From: an uncultured Chloroflexia bacterium
Lineage (GTDB): Bacteria; Chloroflexota; Limnocylindria; Limnocylindrales; CSP1-4
Direction of reading: 5' to 3'
NCBI GenBank assembly: GCA_963779375.1
Contig: CAVZXW010000024.1
Coordinates: 142,734 to 206,733, forward strand
DNA: 64,000 nt
Of this stretch, positions 9,597 to 19,288 are shown one piece after another. Every line of letters begins with the position of its first letter. Position 1 is the stretch's first letter. The position numbers were made by a program, and so were the translations under genes. Below the pieces are notes generated by a model. It saw only the letters and a program-made list of their open reading frames with translations. It made no database searches and was not told the origin of the DNA.

Positions 9597-11095
9597 CCCT
9601 CTCGATCGGCGCGGCCGTGCGCTTCAGCGTCAACGGGCGCCCCGTCGTGGCGGACGGGCCGGGAAGCCGTCGCCTGCTCGACGTCCTTCGCGAGGACCTG
9701 GGGCTCACGGGCACGAAGGAGGGCTGCGGCGAGGGCGAGTGTGGCGCGTGCTCCGTGCTGGTGGATGGGCAGGTCGTGGACAGCTGTCTCGTGCCGCTGT
9801 GCCAGGTCGACGGATGCGATGTCAGGACGGTCGAGGGCCTGGCGGATGACGCGCGGCTCGGGTCGCTCCGCGAGGCGTTCGTCGCCAGGGGGGCCGTGCA
9901 GTGCGGCTTCTGCACCCCCGGGATGCTGGCCGCGGCGGCCGCGTTCCTTGAGTCGGGGGCGGCACCGACGGACGCCGCCGTGCGCGAGGCGATCGCCGGC
10001 AACCTGTGCCGCTGCACGGGCTACACGAAGATCGTCGAGGCGATCCAGGTCGCGGCCGAGGATGAGGGGGAGGCGGCCGCGGGCGCGTTGCGGCACGGTG
10101 GTCCGGAGGGCGCAGGCGGAGGACGGCCCGGTGGTCCGGCCGACAAGGGCGCGTCGCGGCCCGTCGGTCCGGAGGGCGCAGGCGCAGGCGCGTCGCGGCA
10201 CGGTGGTCCGGAGGGCGCAGGCACAGGCGGCCCGGGCGCCCCGTCCCTACGGCCGGACGTGGCCGAACCCCGGACCCTCGCGGAGGCCCTGCGGATGCTC
10301 GCGGCCTCGCCGCACCGGCCCATCGCCGGTGGCTCGGACGTCATGGTGGCGCTCGCGTCGGGCGCGTGGGACGACGCCGTTCCGCTCCTTGACCTCTGGG
10401 GGCTCGACGAGCTTCGCGGCATCCGGATCGAGGACGGCATGCTCGTGCTCGGCGCGCTTACGACGTACACGGACCTCCGCAACTCCGCGCTCGTCCGGGA
10501 GCACGTGCCAACGCTCGCCGGGATGGCCGCCGGGGTGGGGGCGACGCAGATCCAGAACCGCGGCACGCTTGGCGGCAACGTGGTGAACGCCTCGCCGGCG
10601 GGCGACGCGCTGCCGCTGCTGCTGGCGACCGACGCGGAGATCGTCGTGGGCGACCTGCGGGGCGAGCGGACGATCCCGGCTGGCGCCTTCTGGACCGGCT
10701 ACCGCCGGACCGCGCTGCAACCGGGCGAGCTGCTGCTCCGCGTCCGCGTGCCCCTCCCCCAGGGCCGGCGGGTCGCGTTCCGCAAGATCGGGACGCGACG
10801 GGCCCAGTCCATCGCCAAGGCGTCGATCGCCGTGAGCTGGCGCCCGGGGCCGGAAGGCACGTGGCTTGATGTCCGGGTCGCGCTGGGATCGGTCGCGGAC
10901 CGCGCCATCCGGGTGCCACGAACCGAGGCGGTGCTCGAAGGTCGCCGGCCGTCCGTGGCGGCCGCGGACGAGGCCGCGCGGGTCGTCGCCGGCGAGATCG
11001 CGCCGATCGACGACGTCCGGTCCACGGCGGAGTACCGTCGGGCAGTCGTGGCTCGCGTGCTGCGCCGGATCGTGCTCGAGGCCGCTCGCCGCTAG
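9593..11095 (+). CDS. Fused (2Fe-2S) subunit and FAD-binding subunit of XDH/CODH family
   Basis: GTKEGCGEGECGAC, QCGFCTPG, NLCRCTGY followed by IAGGSD, QIQNRGTLGGN, ASPAGD, PIDDVRSTAEYR; ATGA overlap with the upstream gene. Confidence 0.88.
   Translation: MTLSIGAAVRFSVNGRPVVADGPGSRRLLDVLREDLGLTGTKEGCGEGECGACSVLVDGQVVDSCLVPLCQVDGCDVRTVEGLADDARLGSLREAFVARGAVQCGFCTPGMLAAAAAFLESGAAPTDAAVREAIAGNLCRCTGYTKIVEAIQVAAEDEGEAAAGALRHGGPEGAGGGRPGGPADKGASRPVGPEGAGAGASRHGGPEGAGTGGPGAPSLRPDVAEPRTLAEALRMLAASPHRPIAGGSDVMVALASGAWDDAVPLLDLWGLDELRGIRIEDGMLVLGALTTYTDLRNSALVREHVPTLAGMAAGVGATQIQNRGTLGGNVVNASPAGDALPLLLATDAEIVVGDLRGERTIPAGAFWTGYRRTALQPGELLLRVRVPLPQGRRVAFRKIGTRRAQSIAKASIAVSWRPGPEGTWLDVRVALGSVADRAIRVPRTEAVLEGRRPSVAAADEAARVVAGEIAPIDDVRSTAEYRRAVVARVLRRIVLEAARR
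10091..10222 (+). repeat. Direct repeats encoding the (RHG)GPEGAG linker
   Basis: CGGCACGGTGGTCCGGAGGGCGCAGGC at 10091 and 10196, plus a partial copy near 10166. Confidence 0.85.
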
Positions 11096-11248
11096 GGCCC
11101 GGCTCGGCTGGGGCCCGGCTCGGCCAGGGCGCTGCTCGGCGCTTCGTGGGCCGCGTGGCTGCATCGGCGGCGCCGCCGTCTCGAGGCCGCCTGCCCGTCA
11201 CCGGCGTCGTGCCGCGACGGCAGGCCTCGCGGTGTAGATTGGCGGCCC

Positions 11249-13240
11249 ATGTTCGGCCGCGACGTCCCCGACGCCCCGTGGCGCCCCTCACCCGAGCTCC
11301 TCGCGGAGAGCCGGGCCGCGCGCCTGCTCCGCGGCCTCGACATGCCCGACCTCGAGACGCTGCAGGCACGGGCCGTCCATGACCCGGGCTGGTTCTGGGC
11401 CGCAGCCGTGGCCGACCTCGGACTGTCGTGGCAGCGGCCGCCGGGCCGGGCACTCGACATGTCGGACGGGATCGAGTGGGCGCGCTGGTGGCCGGGCGCG
11501 GCGTTCAACCATGCCACGGCGTCGGTCGACCCGTGGGCGGAGGCGCGTCCCGGCGACGAGGCCCTCGCCTGGGAGGGCGAGGACGGGGCGATCCGGCGGC
11601 TCACGCGGGCCGAACTGCGCGATGCCGTGGATCGGGCGGCGGCCATGCTGGCGCGCAACGGCGTGGGCGAGGGAACCCGCGTCGGCATCTTCCTGCCCAT
11701 GCTGCCCGAGACCGTCGTCGCGGTGCTCGCGCTCGGCAAGCTGCGCGCGGTCTTCACGCCGATCTTCTCCGGCTACGCGGCGCATGCCGTGGCCGCGCGC
11801 CTGGCCGCCTTCGAGGCCACGCACCTGATCACCGCGGACGCCTTCCTGCGCCGCGGCCGGCTCGTGGCGCTCAAGGAGGTCGCCGATGCGGCCCTGGCCG
11901 ACGCGCCCACCGTCGAGCGGGTGCTCGTCGTGCGCCGCATGGTCGGCCGCCGCGGCTCACTCCCCTGGAATGGCGAGCGCGACCGCTGGTGGGACGAGGA
12001 ACTGGCGGCCGAGGGGCTCGTGCCGCTGCGGGAGACACCCGAGACCGACCCCGAGACCCCGTACATGGTGATCTACACGTCGGGCACGACCGGTGAGCCC
12101 AAGGGCACCGTGCATGTCCACGGCGGGTTCCCCATCAAGGCCGCCCAGGACCTCGCCCACACGTTCGACCTGCGCGCGGGCGACGCGCTCTTCTGGTTCA
12201 CCGATCTCGGCTGGATGATGGGCCCCTGGGCGATCAGCGGCGCGCTCCTGCTCGGCGCGCGGCTCGTCCTGTACGAGGGCGCGCCCGACTGGCCGGGGCC
12301 GGACCGCATCTGGGCCGTGGCCCAGCGCCACCGCGTCACCCACCTCGGCATCAGCCCGACGCTCGTGCGTGCCCTGATCGTCCACGGCGAGGAGCCCGTG
12401 CACGCCTATGACCTCTCCAGCCTGCGCGTGCTGGGTTCGACCGGGGAGCCCTGGAACCCGGACCCCTGGTGGTGGTACTTCCGCGTCGTGGGCGGGGGGC
12501 GGCTGCCGGTCGTCAACTACTCGGGCGGCACGGAGATCAGCGGCGGGATCCTCGGCTGCACGCTGCTGCGCCCGATCCGGCCCGCGTCGTTCAACGGCCC
12601 CTGCATCGGGATGGCCGCCGACGTGATCGATCCGTCGGGAGCCAGCCTCCGCGGATCGGTCGGCGAGCTCGTCCTGCGGGCGCCCTGGCCGGGCATGACG
12701 CGCGGCTTCTGGGGTGGCGACCGCGAGCGCTACCTCGACACGTACTGGCGCCGCCTGCCCGGCACGTGGGTGCACGGCGACTGGGCGCTGATCGACGGCG
12801 ACGGCTACTGGTATCTCCACGGCCGTTCCGACGACACGCTCAAGGTGGCCGGCAAGCGCGTGGGGCCGGCCGAGGTCGAGGCAGCGGCCGTGGCCCACCC
12901 GGCGGTGGTCGAGGCGGCGGCGATCGGCGTGCCCGACGCGCTCAAGGGCGAGGCCGTGGTCGTGCTGGTCGTGCTGCGTCCCGGTGTCCCGGCCGACGAC
13001 CCGGCCCTCATGCGCGAGATCGCCGAGCGGATCGTCCGGGACCTCGGCAAGCCGCTCCGCCCCGCGGCCGTCATCGCGGTGCCGGACCTGCCCCGCACGC
13101 GCAGCGGCAAGATCATGCGCCGCGTGGCGCGGGCGGCGTTCCTGGGCACGGACCCGGGCGACCTCTCCGCGCTGGAGAATGCCGCGGCGGTCGAGGCGAT
13201 CGGGGCGAGCGGGCGCGAGGATCCCGGCCTGTCCCGTTGA
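11249..13240 (+). CDS. Acyl-CoA synthetase (acetate/acetoacetate-CoA ligase family)
   Basis: YTSGTTGEPKG, STGEPWN, SGGTE, HGD, GRSDDTLKVAGKR, PRTRSGKIMRR. Confidence 0.9.
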   Translation: MFGRDVPDAPWRPSPELLAESRAARLLRGLDMPDLETLQARAVHDPGWFWAAAVADLGLSWQRPPGRALDMSDGIEWARWWPGAAFNHATASVDPWAEARPGDEALAWEGEDGAIRRLTRAELRDAVDRAAAMLARNGVGEGTRVGIFLPMLPETVVAVLALGKLRAVFTPIFSGYAAHAVAARLAAFEATHLITADAFLRRGRLVALKEVADAALADAPTVERVLVVRRMVGRRGSLPWNGERDRWWDEELAAEGLVPLRETPETDPETPYMVIYTSGTTGEPKGTVHVHGGFPIKAAQDLAHTFDLRAGDALFWFTDLGWMMGPWAISGALLLGARLVLYEGAPDWPGPDRIWAVAQRHRVTHLGISPTLVRALIVHGEEPVHAYDLSSLRVLGSTGEPWNPDPWWWYFRVVGGGRLPVVNYSGGTEISGGILGCTLLRPIRPASFNGPCIGMAADVIDPSGASLRGSVGELVLRAPWPGMTRGFWGGDRERYLDTYWRRLPGTWVHGDWALIDGDGYWYLHGRSDDTLKVAGKRVGPAEVEAAAVAHPAVVEAAAIGVPDALKGEAVVVLVVLRPGVPADDPALMREIAERIVRDLGKPLRPAAVIAVPDLPRTRSGKIMRRVARAAFLGTDPGDLSALENAAAVEAIGASGREDPGLSR

Positions 13241-13375
13241 CCGCTGCCCCGGTGGGGACGCGCGAGGCCGTGCCCGTCCGTGCCCCGGCTGGCATCCTCG
13301 CCGCACTACTCTTGGCGTGGTGGTGTCGCGCAGAGCACGGCGCCTCCAACGCAGGCGCGGGGAGGGCGGTGGCGC

Positions 13376-14023
13376 GTGGATTACGCAGCACTGATCGTGG
13401 TGGCGCTCCTGGTGCTGCTCGTCGGCGGGTATGCCGTCGGGGGCGCGCTGAACGTCCGCCGGATGCAGATCCTGGTGGCCGGCCTGCGGGACGTCATGTC
13501 CGGCCCGGGAGGCCCACCCAGGGTCCGGCGCCTCGGGCGAAGCATCGTGCGTCTCGAGACGGAGCGGCCCGTGCGCGGCACCGGCGCCACGGTGGCCACC
13601 ATTCGCGTGGCCCCCCGCGAAGCCTTGCTCGTGTGGCTCGGGTGGTCGCTCCAGGGCCGCGGCGACCAGCTCGACGTGGTGGCGGAGCTGGACGCCGCGC
13701 CTGCCGGGGCCGGCCTCGTGGCAGATCCGCGACACCGCACCGGACGGGCCGCGCTTGCGGCCGCGGTGGCCGCCGGCGGGACGCGTCGGGATCTGCCGGG
13801 CCGCAGGCTCGCAATGGTCACGTACGACGCCGCCGGCACCGCGGCGATGGAGCGCGTGTCCGCCGTGGTGGCGGAGGCCGGGGATCTCGTGGTGCTGGAA
13901 CTCCGGGGAGCCCAGCCACGTCTCACGCTGCTGGTGTCGCTCCGTCACGCACCCCGGTCGCTGCCGACGCTGAGACCGCTGTTGCAGAGAGTGGTCAGCG
14001 CCGCCATCGCGCGACCGCGCTAG
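13376..14023 (+). CDS. Hypothetical membrane-anchored protein
   Basis: GGGAGG SD before GTG 13376; N-terminal TM helix; coding-like codon bias. Confidence 0.6.
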   Translation: MDYAALIVVALLVLLVGGYAVGGALNVRRMQILVAGLRDVMSGPGGPPRVRRLGRSIVRLETERPVRGTGATVATIRVAPREALLVWLGWSLQGRGDQLDVVAELDAAPAGAGLVADPRHRTGRAALAAAVAAGGTRRDLPGRRLAMVTYDAAGTAAMERVSAVVAEAGDLVVLELRGAQPRLTLLVSLRHAPRSLPTLRPLLQRVVSAAIARPR

Positions 14024-14124
14024 GCGTGCGCCGCCCGGGCGCACGACCCTCGCCAGGCGTGCCCCGCCCGGGCCGCCAAGCGGTGGTACGGTCAGGCTGA
14101 ACGACGAGACGACAGGAGGTCGGG

Positions 14125-14490
14125 ATGACGGACAAGCCCGTGACGGCGGCCTACTTCTACCGGGTGCGGTGGGGCCACCATGACGAGTGGGTCGAGCTGT
14201 TCGCGAAGAACCACTGGCCCATCCTGCGGGAGCAGGTGAAGACCGGCCGCATGCTCGGCGTGCACATGTACCAGCCGCGCTTCCACGGCGACGGTCGAGC
14301 CGACTGGGACCTGATGGTGACCATCACCTACCGTGACTGGGCGGCGATGGAGGAGCACTCCGAGGCCGACATCGCGAAACGGCTCTACCCGGACCAGGAG
14401 ACCTTCCGCGCGGAGGAACGGCGGCGCTTCGAGCTGGTCGACGCCCACTGGGACACTCCTCTCGAGGAGCGGCCACTCCCGCAGCAATAG
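14125..14490 (+). CDS. Hypothetical protein, probably dimeric alpha/beta-barrel (NIPSNAP-like)
   Basis: AGGAGG SD; 121 aa with normal composition; fold call is inference. Confidence 0.7.
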   Translation: MTDKPVTAAYFYRVRWGHHDEWVELFAKNHWPILREQVKTGRMLGVHMYQPRFHGDGRADWDLMVTITYRDWAAMEEHSEADIAKRLYPDQETFRAEERRRFELVDAHWDTPLEERPLPQQ

Positions 14491-14514
14491 TCCCGCCCCG
14501 GCCGGAGGAACGCG

Positions 14515-14817
14515 ATGCACGTCACGCTCGTGTACGTCCACGTGCTGCCACAGCACCTGGAGGAGTTCATCGCCGCGACGCGTGCCAACCACGAGGCGTC
14601 GGTACAAGAGACCGGCAACCTGCGGTTCGACATCCTGCAGTCGGCGGACGATCCGACGCGGTTCGTCTTCTACGAGGCCTACGTGGATGCCGCCGCGGCC
14701 GGCGCGCACAGGGAGACCGAGCACTACCTGGCGTGGCGCGAGGCGGCTGCCGCGTGGATGGCGGAGCCCCGTGAAGGGATCCGCTACGTCGGGCTCATGC
14801 CGGAGATGGAGCGCTAG
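14515..14817 (+). CDS. Antibiotic biosynthesis monooxygenase / LsrG-like protein
   Basis: EASVQETGNLRFDILQ..DPTRFVFYEAY..HRETEHYLAWR; GGAGG SD. Confidence 0.85.
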   Translation: MHVTLVYVHVLPQHLEEFIAATRANHEASVQETGNLRFDILQSADDPTRFVFYEAYVDAAAAGAHRETEHYLAWREAAAAWMAEPREGIRYVGLMPEMER

Positions 14818-15088
14818 GCGGCCTTCCGCGGCCCATGCGACGGCGCGTCGTCACCTCGACCGAGGCATCGTCCGTTTCGGTCGCCGGATGCTCGACCAGC
14901 GCGATGAGCCGGCTGGCCATGAAGCGGCCCGTCCGCACGGGGTTGCCGCCGCGCGTCACCTCCGTGACCTCGACGATGCCGCGGGCGGACGTGACCTCGA
15001 GGCGGCGCCCGGCGCGCGTGGCCACGATCTCGAACGTCTGGACGCCCTGGCCCGTATCGACCACCGCCTCGACACGATCGCCCTTCAT
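14795..15088 (-). CDS. Small hypothetical beta-rich protein
   Basis: MKGDRVEAVVDTG...; TACCAT 6 nt upstream of ATG. Confidence 0.65.
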   Translation of the reverse strand: MKGDRVEAVVDTGQGVQTFEIVATRAGRRLEVTSARGIVEVTEVTRGGNPVRTGRFMASRLIALVEHPATETDDASVEVTTRRRMGRGRPPSAPSPA

Positions 15089-15123
15089 GCGCTGATGGTA
15101 CGGCACGCCGCTCCATCCCCAAT

Positions 15124-15726
15124 TCACTGACGGCTGAATCCGGGCTCCGATTCATGCACGGCGCGGAAGGCCATCAGGCGCGTGCCCTCGTGGCGCCAGG
15201 CATCACCCGAAAGCCCCGCCTTGCGGCAGACCGCATCGAGCGTGGTCTCCGCGTCCCAGCCGAGCTCCCCGGCCACCTGCGGCAACAGCAGAGCGCGGCG
15301 GCCCGATCGTTCGACGATGATCCCGTGCGCTCGCACGTCGAAGTCGGCCGGCCCGCGCAGCTCGACCGGGGGTCCCAGGACGGAGATCTCGAGCCGGATC
15401 GCGTCCAGCTCGACGCTCGAGACAGGCATGAAACGGGGATCTTCGCGAGGCGCGATGGTGCCGGCGGCCATGACGTTGACCCACATCGGACGGGCCCAGT
15501 CGAGCTGCCCCATGCAGCCGCGCAGCTCACCGCGCTCGTGGAGCGTGACGAAGGCCGCGGCGGGCGCGAGGATGGCCGGCGGCAGGCTCCCGGCGTCGGG
15601 CAACGTGCACGGGTGACCGGCGACGGCGGCCTCCACCGCGAGGCGCGCCAGCCGCAGCAGCGACGAGAAGTCCGCCGCGCCCAGCTCTGGGACGGGCGGG
15701 GCCAACGCGATCCGCGAGGGCACCAT
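15124..15726 (-). CDS. AMMECR1-domain protein (AmmeMemoRadiSam system protein A)
   Basis: AFVTL..GELRGCMG, EDPRF, EISVL, ALLLPQV, CRKAGL. Confidence 0.88.
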   Translation of the reverse strand: MVPSRIALAPPVPELGAADFSSLLRLARLAVEAAVAGHPCTLPDAGSLPPAILAPAAAFVTLHERGELRGCMGQLDWARPMWVNVMAAGTIAPREDPRFMPVSSVELDAIRLEISVLGPPVELRGPADFDVRAHGIIVERSGRRALLLPQVAGELGWDAETTLDAVCRKAGLSGDAWRHEGTRLMAFRAVHESEPGFSRQ

Positions 15727-15861
15727 GACCGCCTCCGGGCGAGATTCGCCTGCCCGCGCGCGGGATCGGCAGTGTGCCTGTCCGCCGCGCGCCAGCCGTC
15801 ATCCTCGCCGCGCCCGGGGCACATCTCCAGATCCGGGCAGCCCCAACCGCCCGGCCGTTGG

Positions 15862-16347
15862 TCAGGTCGCCTCGCCCTGCCCCTCGGCCTCACGCGCGTC
15901 GTCCGTCTCCAGCCGTGTCTCCACGAGCGAGCGGAGATCGGCGAGGGCCGCGACCAGCGCACGCTGTCGTGCCGGCTCGAGCGTCGCGACGCGCGTACGC
16001 AGCCAGTCCACGGCCGCCGACCGGGCGTTCTCGAGCTGGCCGGACCCCTCGGCGCTCAGTGTCAGGCGGATCCGGCGTCGCTCCGCGGGATCGGTCTCGC
16101 GCACCAGCAACTCCTCCCGCACGAGACGGCTCACGAGCTCGGAGGCGGCGGGCACGGATGTCCCGAGGTGCTCGGCGAGGTCCGACAGGCCACACCCGGT
16201 GTTGCGGCGCACGAAGAGCAGGGCACGGAACTGCGCCACCGAGATCCCGGGCGGACGGCCTTCCCGCATCCGTGCCCGGATCGCACGCATCGCCACGGGC
16301 ACGTGCTCCAGGATCGCCCCGGCGGCGTCCTCCTCGGACGACATCAT
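15862..16347 (-). CDS. MarR family transcriptional regulator
   Basis: SVAQFRAL, LSDLAEHLG, LVSRLV, DPAERRRIRLTLS; divergent from the ABC operon. Confidence 0.88.
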   Translation of the reverse strand: MMSSEEDAAGAILEHVPVAMRAIRARMREGRPPGISVAQFRALLFVRRNTGCGLSDLAEHLGTSVPAASELVSRLVREELLVRETDPAERRRIRLTLSAEGSGQLENARSAAVDWLRTRVATLEPARQRALVAALADLRSLVETRLETDDAREAEGQGEAT

Positions 16348-16363
16348 CGCTCGATGATAGACT

Positions 16364-16378
16364 GTTAGGCACCCTAAC
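16364..16378. promoter_or_regulatory. Palindromic operator, probable MarR site
   Basis: GTTAGG-CAC-CCTAAC in the 54-bp AT-richer gap between marR and the ABC genes. Confidence 0.7.
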
Positions 16379-16401
16379 TGTTGTCCATCCGCGAGGTCGC
16401 G

Positions 16402-17199
16402 ATGCTGCAGGCAATCGAAACCCGGAACCTGACCCGCCGGTTCGGGACGGTGACGGCGGTCGACGCCCTGTCTCTGACGGTGCAACCCGGCGAGGTGTTC
16501 GGACTCCTCGGCCCGAACGGCGCAGGCAAGACCACCACGATCAAGATGCTGATCACGCTGCTGCCGGTGACGTCCGGGAGCGCCACCGTGGCCGGCCATG
16601 ACATCGTGTCCGACCAGCGGCTGGTCCGCCGGGCGATCGGTTACGTGCCCCAGCTGCTCTCGTCCGACGGAGCCCTGACCGCGCGCGAGAACCTCGACAC
16701 TTCGGGCCGCCTGTACCACATCCCGTCCGGCGAGCGTCGCGAGCGGATCGCCGACGCCCTCGAGTTCATGGGGCTCGCCGACGTCGGCGACAGCCTCGTG
16801 CGCACCTTCTCCGGCGGCATGATCCGGCGCCTCGAGATCGCGCAGGCGATGCTCCACCAGCCGCAGGTCCTGTTCCTCGACGAGCCGACGGTCGGCCTGG
16901 ACCCCGTGGCGCGCCGAGCCGTCTGGGAGCACGTGCGCAGGCTGCGGGACCGCGAGGGAACCACGATCCTGCTCACCACGCACTACATGGACGAGGCGTC
17001 CGAGCTCTGCGACCGCGTCGGCATCATGCACCTCGGCCACCTCGTGGCGCTGGGCACCCCCGATGCGCTCGCCGCCGACGTCGGCCCGGGCGCGACCCTC
17101 GACGACGTGTTCACCCACTACACCGGCAGCGACCTGGAAGAGGGAGGAAGCTATCGTGACGTCGCTCGAACGCGCCGCACGGCCAGCCGCCTGGGCTGA
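16402..17199 (+). CDS. ABC exporter ATP-binding protein (DrrA-like)
   Basis: GPNGAGKT, FSGGM, LDEPT, TTHYM. Confidence 0.92.
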   Translation: MLQAIETRNLTRRFGTVTAVDALSLTVQPGEVFGLLGPNGAGKTTTIKMLITLLPVTSGSATVAGHDIVSDQRLVRRAIGYVPQLLSSDGALTARENLDTSGRLYHIPSGERRERIADALEFMGLADVGDSLVRTFSGGMIRRLEIAQAMLHQPQVLFLDEPTVGLDPVARRAVWEHVRRLRDREGTTILLTTHYMDEASELCDRVGIMHLGHLVALGTPDALAADVGPGATLDDVFTHYTGSDLEEGGSYRDVARTRRTASRLG

Positions 17200-17980
17200 G
17201 CCTCCGGCCGCGGCCCGGTTCTTCCTCGACGCCTGGACCGTCGCGGAGTCCGAGCTCCAGAAGCTCGCCCACGACCCGACGGAGCTGCTGACCCGCGCGA
17301 TCCAACCGATCCTGTGGCTCCTCGTCTTCGGCCAGGTCCTGGCCCGCGCGAGAGCCATCCCCACCGGCTCGATGGGGTACATCGACTTCCTCGCGCCGGG
17401 CGTCCTCGCCCAGAGCGCGCTCTTCTCGGCCATCTTCTTCGGCATCGCCGTGATCTGGGAGCGGGACCTCGGAGTCCTGCACAAGTACCTCGTGAGCCCC
17501 GCGTCGCGCGTCGCGCTGGTCAGCGGCAAGGCGCTCGCGGGCGGCCTGCGCGCGCTCGTGCAGGCGGTGGTGGTCTACGCCGTGGCGGCGATCATCGGGG
17601 TGCATCTCCAGCTGGGGATCCTCCAGCTGGCCGGCGTCGCGCTCGTGGTGGTGCTCGGCGCGGCCGTCTTCGCCACGTTCTCGCTGGTCATCGCGTGCTG
17701 GGTCCGCACACGCGAGCGATTCATGGGGATCGGCCAGGTCCTGACGATGCCGCTCTTCTTTGCCAGCAGCGCCGTGTATCCCATCGCGATCATGCCCGGC
17801 TGGCTCCAGGCGCTCGCGAAGGTGAACCCGCTGACGTACCAGGTGGACGCGCTCAGGAGCCTGATGGTGGACGGCGGGACGGCGACGTTCCCGATCGTGC
17901 TCGACTTCGGGGTCCTGGCATTCTCGCTGGTGGTGCTGCTCGTGGTCGCCGCGCGACTGTATCCCCGCCTCGCCATGTGA
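17156..17980 (+). CDS. ABC-2 type permease
   Basis: Six TM helices, YIDFLAPG, NPLTY; GGAGG SD before GTG 17156. Confidence 0.9.
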   Translation: MTSLERAARPAAWAEPPAAARFFLDAWTVAESELQKLAHDPTELLTRAIQPILWLLVFGQVLARARAIPTGSMGYIDFLAPGVLAQSALFSAIFFGIAVIWERDLGVLHKYLVSPASRVALVSGKALAGGLRALVQAVVVYAVAAIIGVHLQLGILQLAGVALVVVLGAAVFATFSLVIACWVRTRERFMGIGQVLTMPLFFASSAVYPIAIMPGWLQALAKVNPLTYQVDALRSLMVDGGTATFPIVLDFGVLAFSLVVLLVVAARLYPRLAM

Positions 17981-18071
17981 CGTCCCGGGCCTGGTGGGCA
18001 GTGCCGGTTTGCCGCCCAGGCCGAGTGCCCGACCCGGACGGAGCCATCCCCGATCCCCTACAGTCGGCTCG

Positions 18072-18905
18072 ATGACACGCGACCGACGGCAGGCGGACAC
18101 GGCGGCACCCACCGACGGGGTCCGGGCCGACGTCGCGGCCTCGCGACGTCGTCTGTGGGCGGAATCCGCGGGGATCGCGATCTCGTCCGGCGGCTTCGGC
18201 CTGGTGTACGGGCTCGCGGCGAGGAACGCGGGTTTCAGCCCCGTCGAGGCCGTCGCGATGAGCGTGCTCGTGTTTGCCGGCGCGTCCCAGTTCGCCGCTG
18301 TCGGGCTCGTCAGCGGCGGTCTCGCGTGGCCGGCGATCGCGCTGGTCACCGCCGTGCTGAACGCACGCCACCTCCTCTATTCGGCGGCCCTTGCCCCGTG
18401 GCTGAGGGAGAGCCCGCGGCGCAGGCGCGCCATGATGGCCTACGTCCTCACCGACGAGTCGTTCGCGCTGGCCATCGCCCACTTCCAGCGGCTGGGATAC
18501 GCCGACGAGCGCGGTTACTGGATCGGCGCGGTGGCGTCGACCTACGTGCCGTGGAACGTGATGACCGTCGTCGGAGCCGTCCTCGGCGGGCAGATCGCCG
18601 ACCCGAGCCGGCTCGGCCTGGATGTCGTCTTCCCTGCCGCGATGGCGGGGCTCGCGGTCGGGCTGATCTCGGGACGGCCCGAGCTGCTCGCCGCGCTGGC
18701 CGGGGCGGCGCTCGCCGTCATGGCCGGCCTGGCTCTCGGCACGGCCGCGGGCGTCGTCGTCGGGGGGCTCCTGGGGCCGGTCGCCGGGCTCGTGCTCGTC
18801 CCCGGCCGGGGGGCGGCGGCACCGGCCGGAGCGGCACTGCGCGATCAACTCCTGGCCGACGCGGAGGAGGCGGCGCTGCCGCCGGACGAGGCCGGCCTCC
18901 CGTGA
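18072..18905 (+). CDS. azlC: AzlC family branched-chain amino acid exporter
   Basis: FAGASQF, NARHLLYS, LTDESFA. Confidence 0.88.
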   Translation: MTRDRRQADTAAPTDGVRADVAASRRRLWAESAGIAISSGGFGLVYGLAARNAGFSPVEAVAMSVLVFAGASQFAAVGLVSGGLAWPAIALVTAVLNARHLLYSAALAPWLRESPRRRRAMMAYVLTDESFALAIAHFQRLGYADERGYWIGAVASTYVPWNVMTVVGAVLGGQIADPSRLGLDVVFPAAMAGLAVGLISGRPELLAALAGAALAVMAGLALGTAAGVVVGGLLGPVAGLVLVPGRGAAAPAGAALRDQLLADAEEAALPPDEAGLP

Positions 18906-18915
18906 GCGCCCCCCG

Positions 18916-19245
18916 ATGAGCGTGACGCTCGTGGCCCTCGCGGCCCTCATGGGCGCCGTGACGTACCCGTCACGGGCCGTCCCGCTTCTGACGCCCGGCA
19001 TCGAGCGGCTGCCGGCGGGGATCCGCCTCTACCTGCGCCTGGTCGGCCCGGCAGTCCTTGCCGCACTTGCGGCCGCCAACGCCATGATCGGGATGGAGGC
19101 AGGACGTCCGGTCTTCCACGTCGGAATCGCGTGGCTGGCGGTGGCGGCGTCCGTCGCGCTGGTCGCCTGGCGCCGGAACCTGTTCGCGGGGCTCCTGCTC
19201 GGCGTCGTCCTGACGGCGCTCGCGAGAGCGACCGGCCTGGCCTGA
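18916..19245 (+). CDS. azlD: AzlD family membrane protein
   Basis: TYPSRAVP..PAVLAAL; small hydrophobic ORF after azlC. Confidence 0.82.
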   Translation: MSVTLVALAALMGAVTYPSRAVPLLTPGIERLPAGIRLYLRLVGPAVLAALAAANAMIGMEAGRPVFHVGIAWLAVAASVALVAWRRNLFAGLLLGVVLTALARATGLA

Positions 19246-19288
19246 CACGCCGGATCCGCGTCATCGCCCGAGGGGCGCGAGACAGCCC

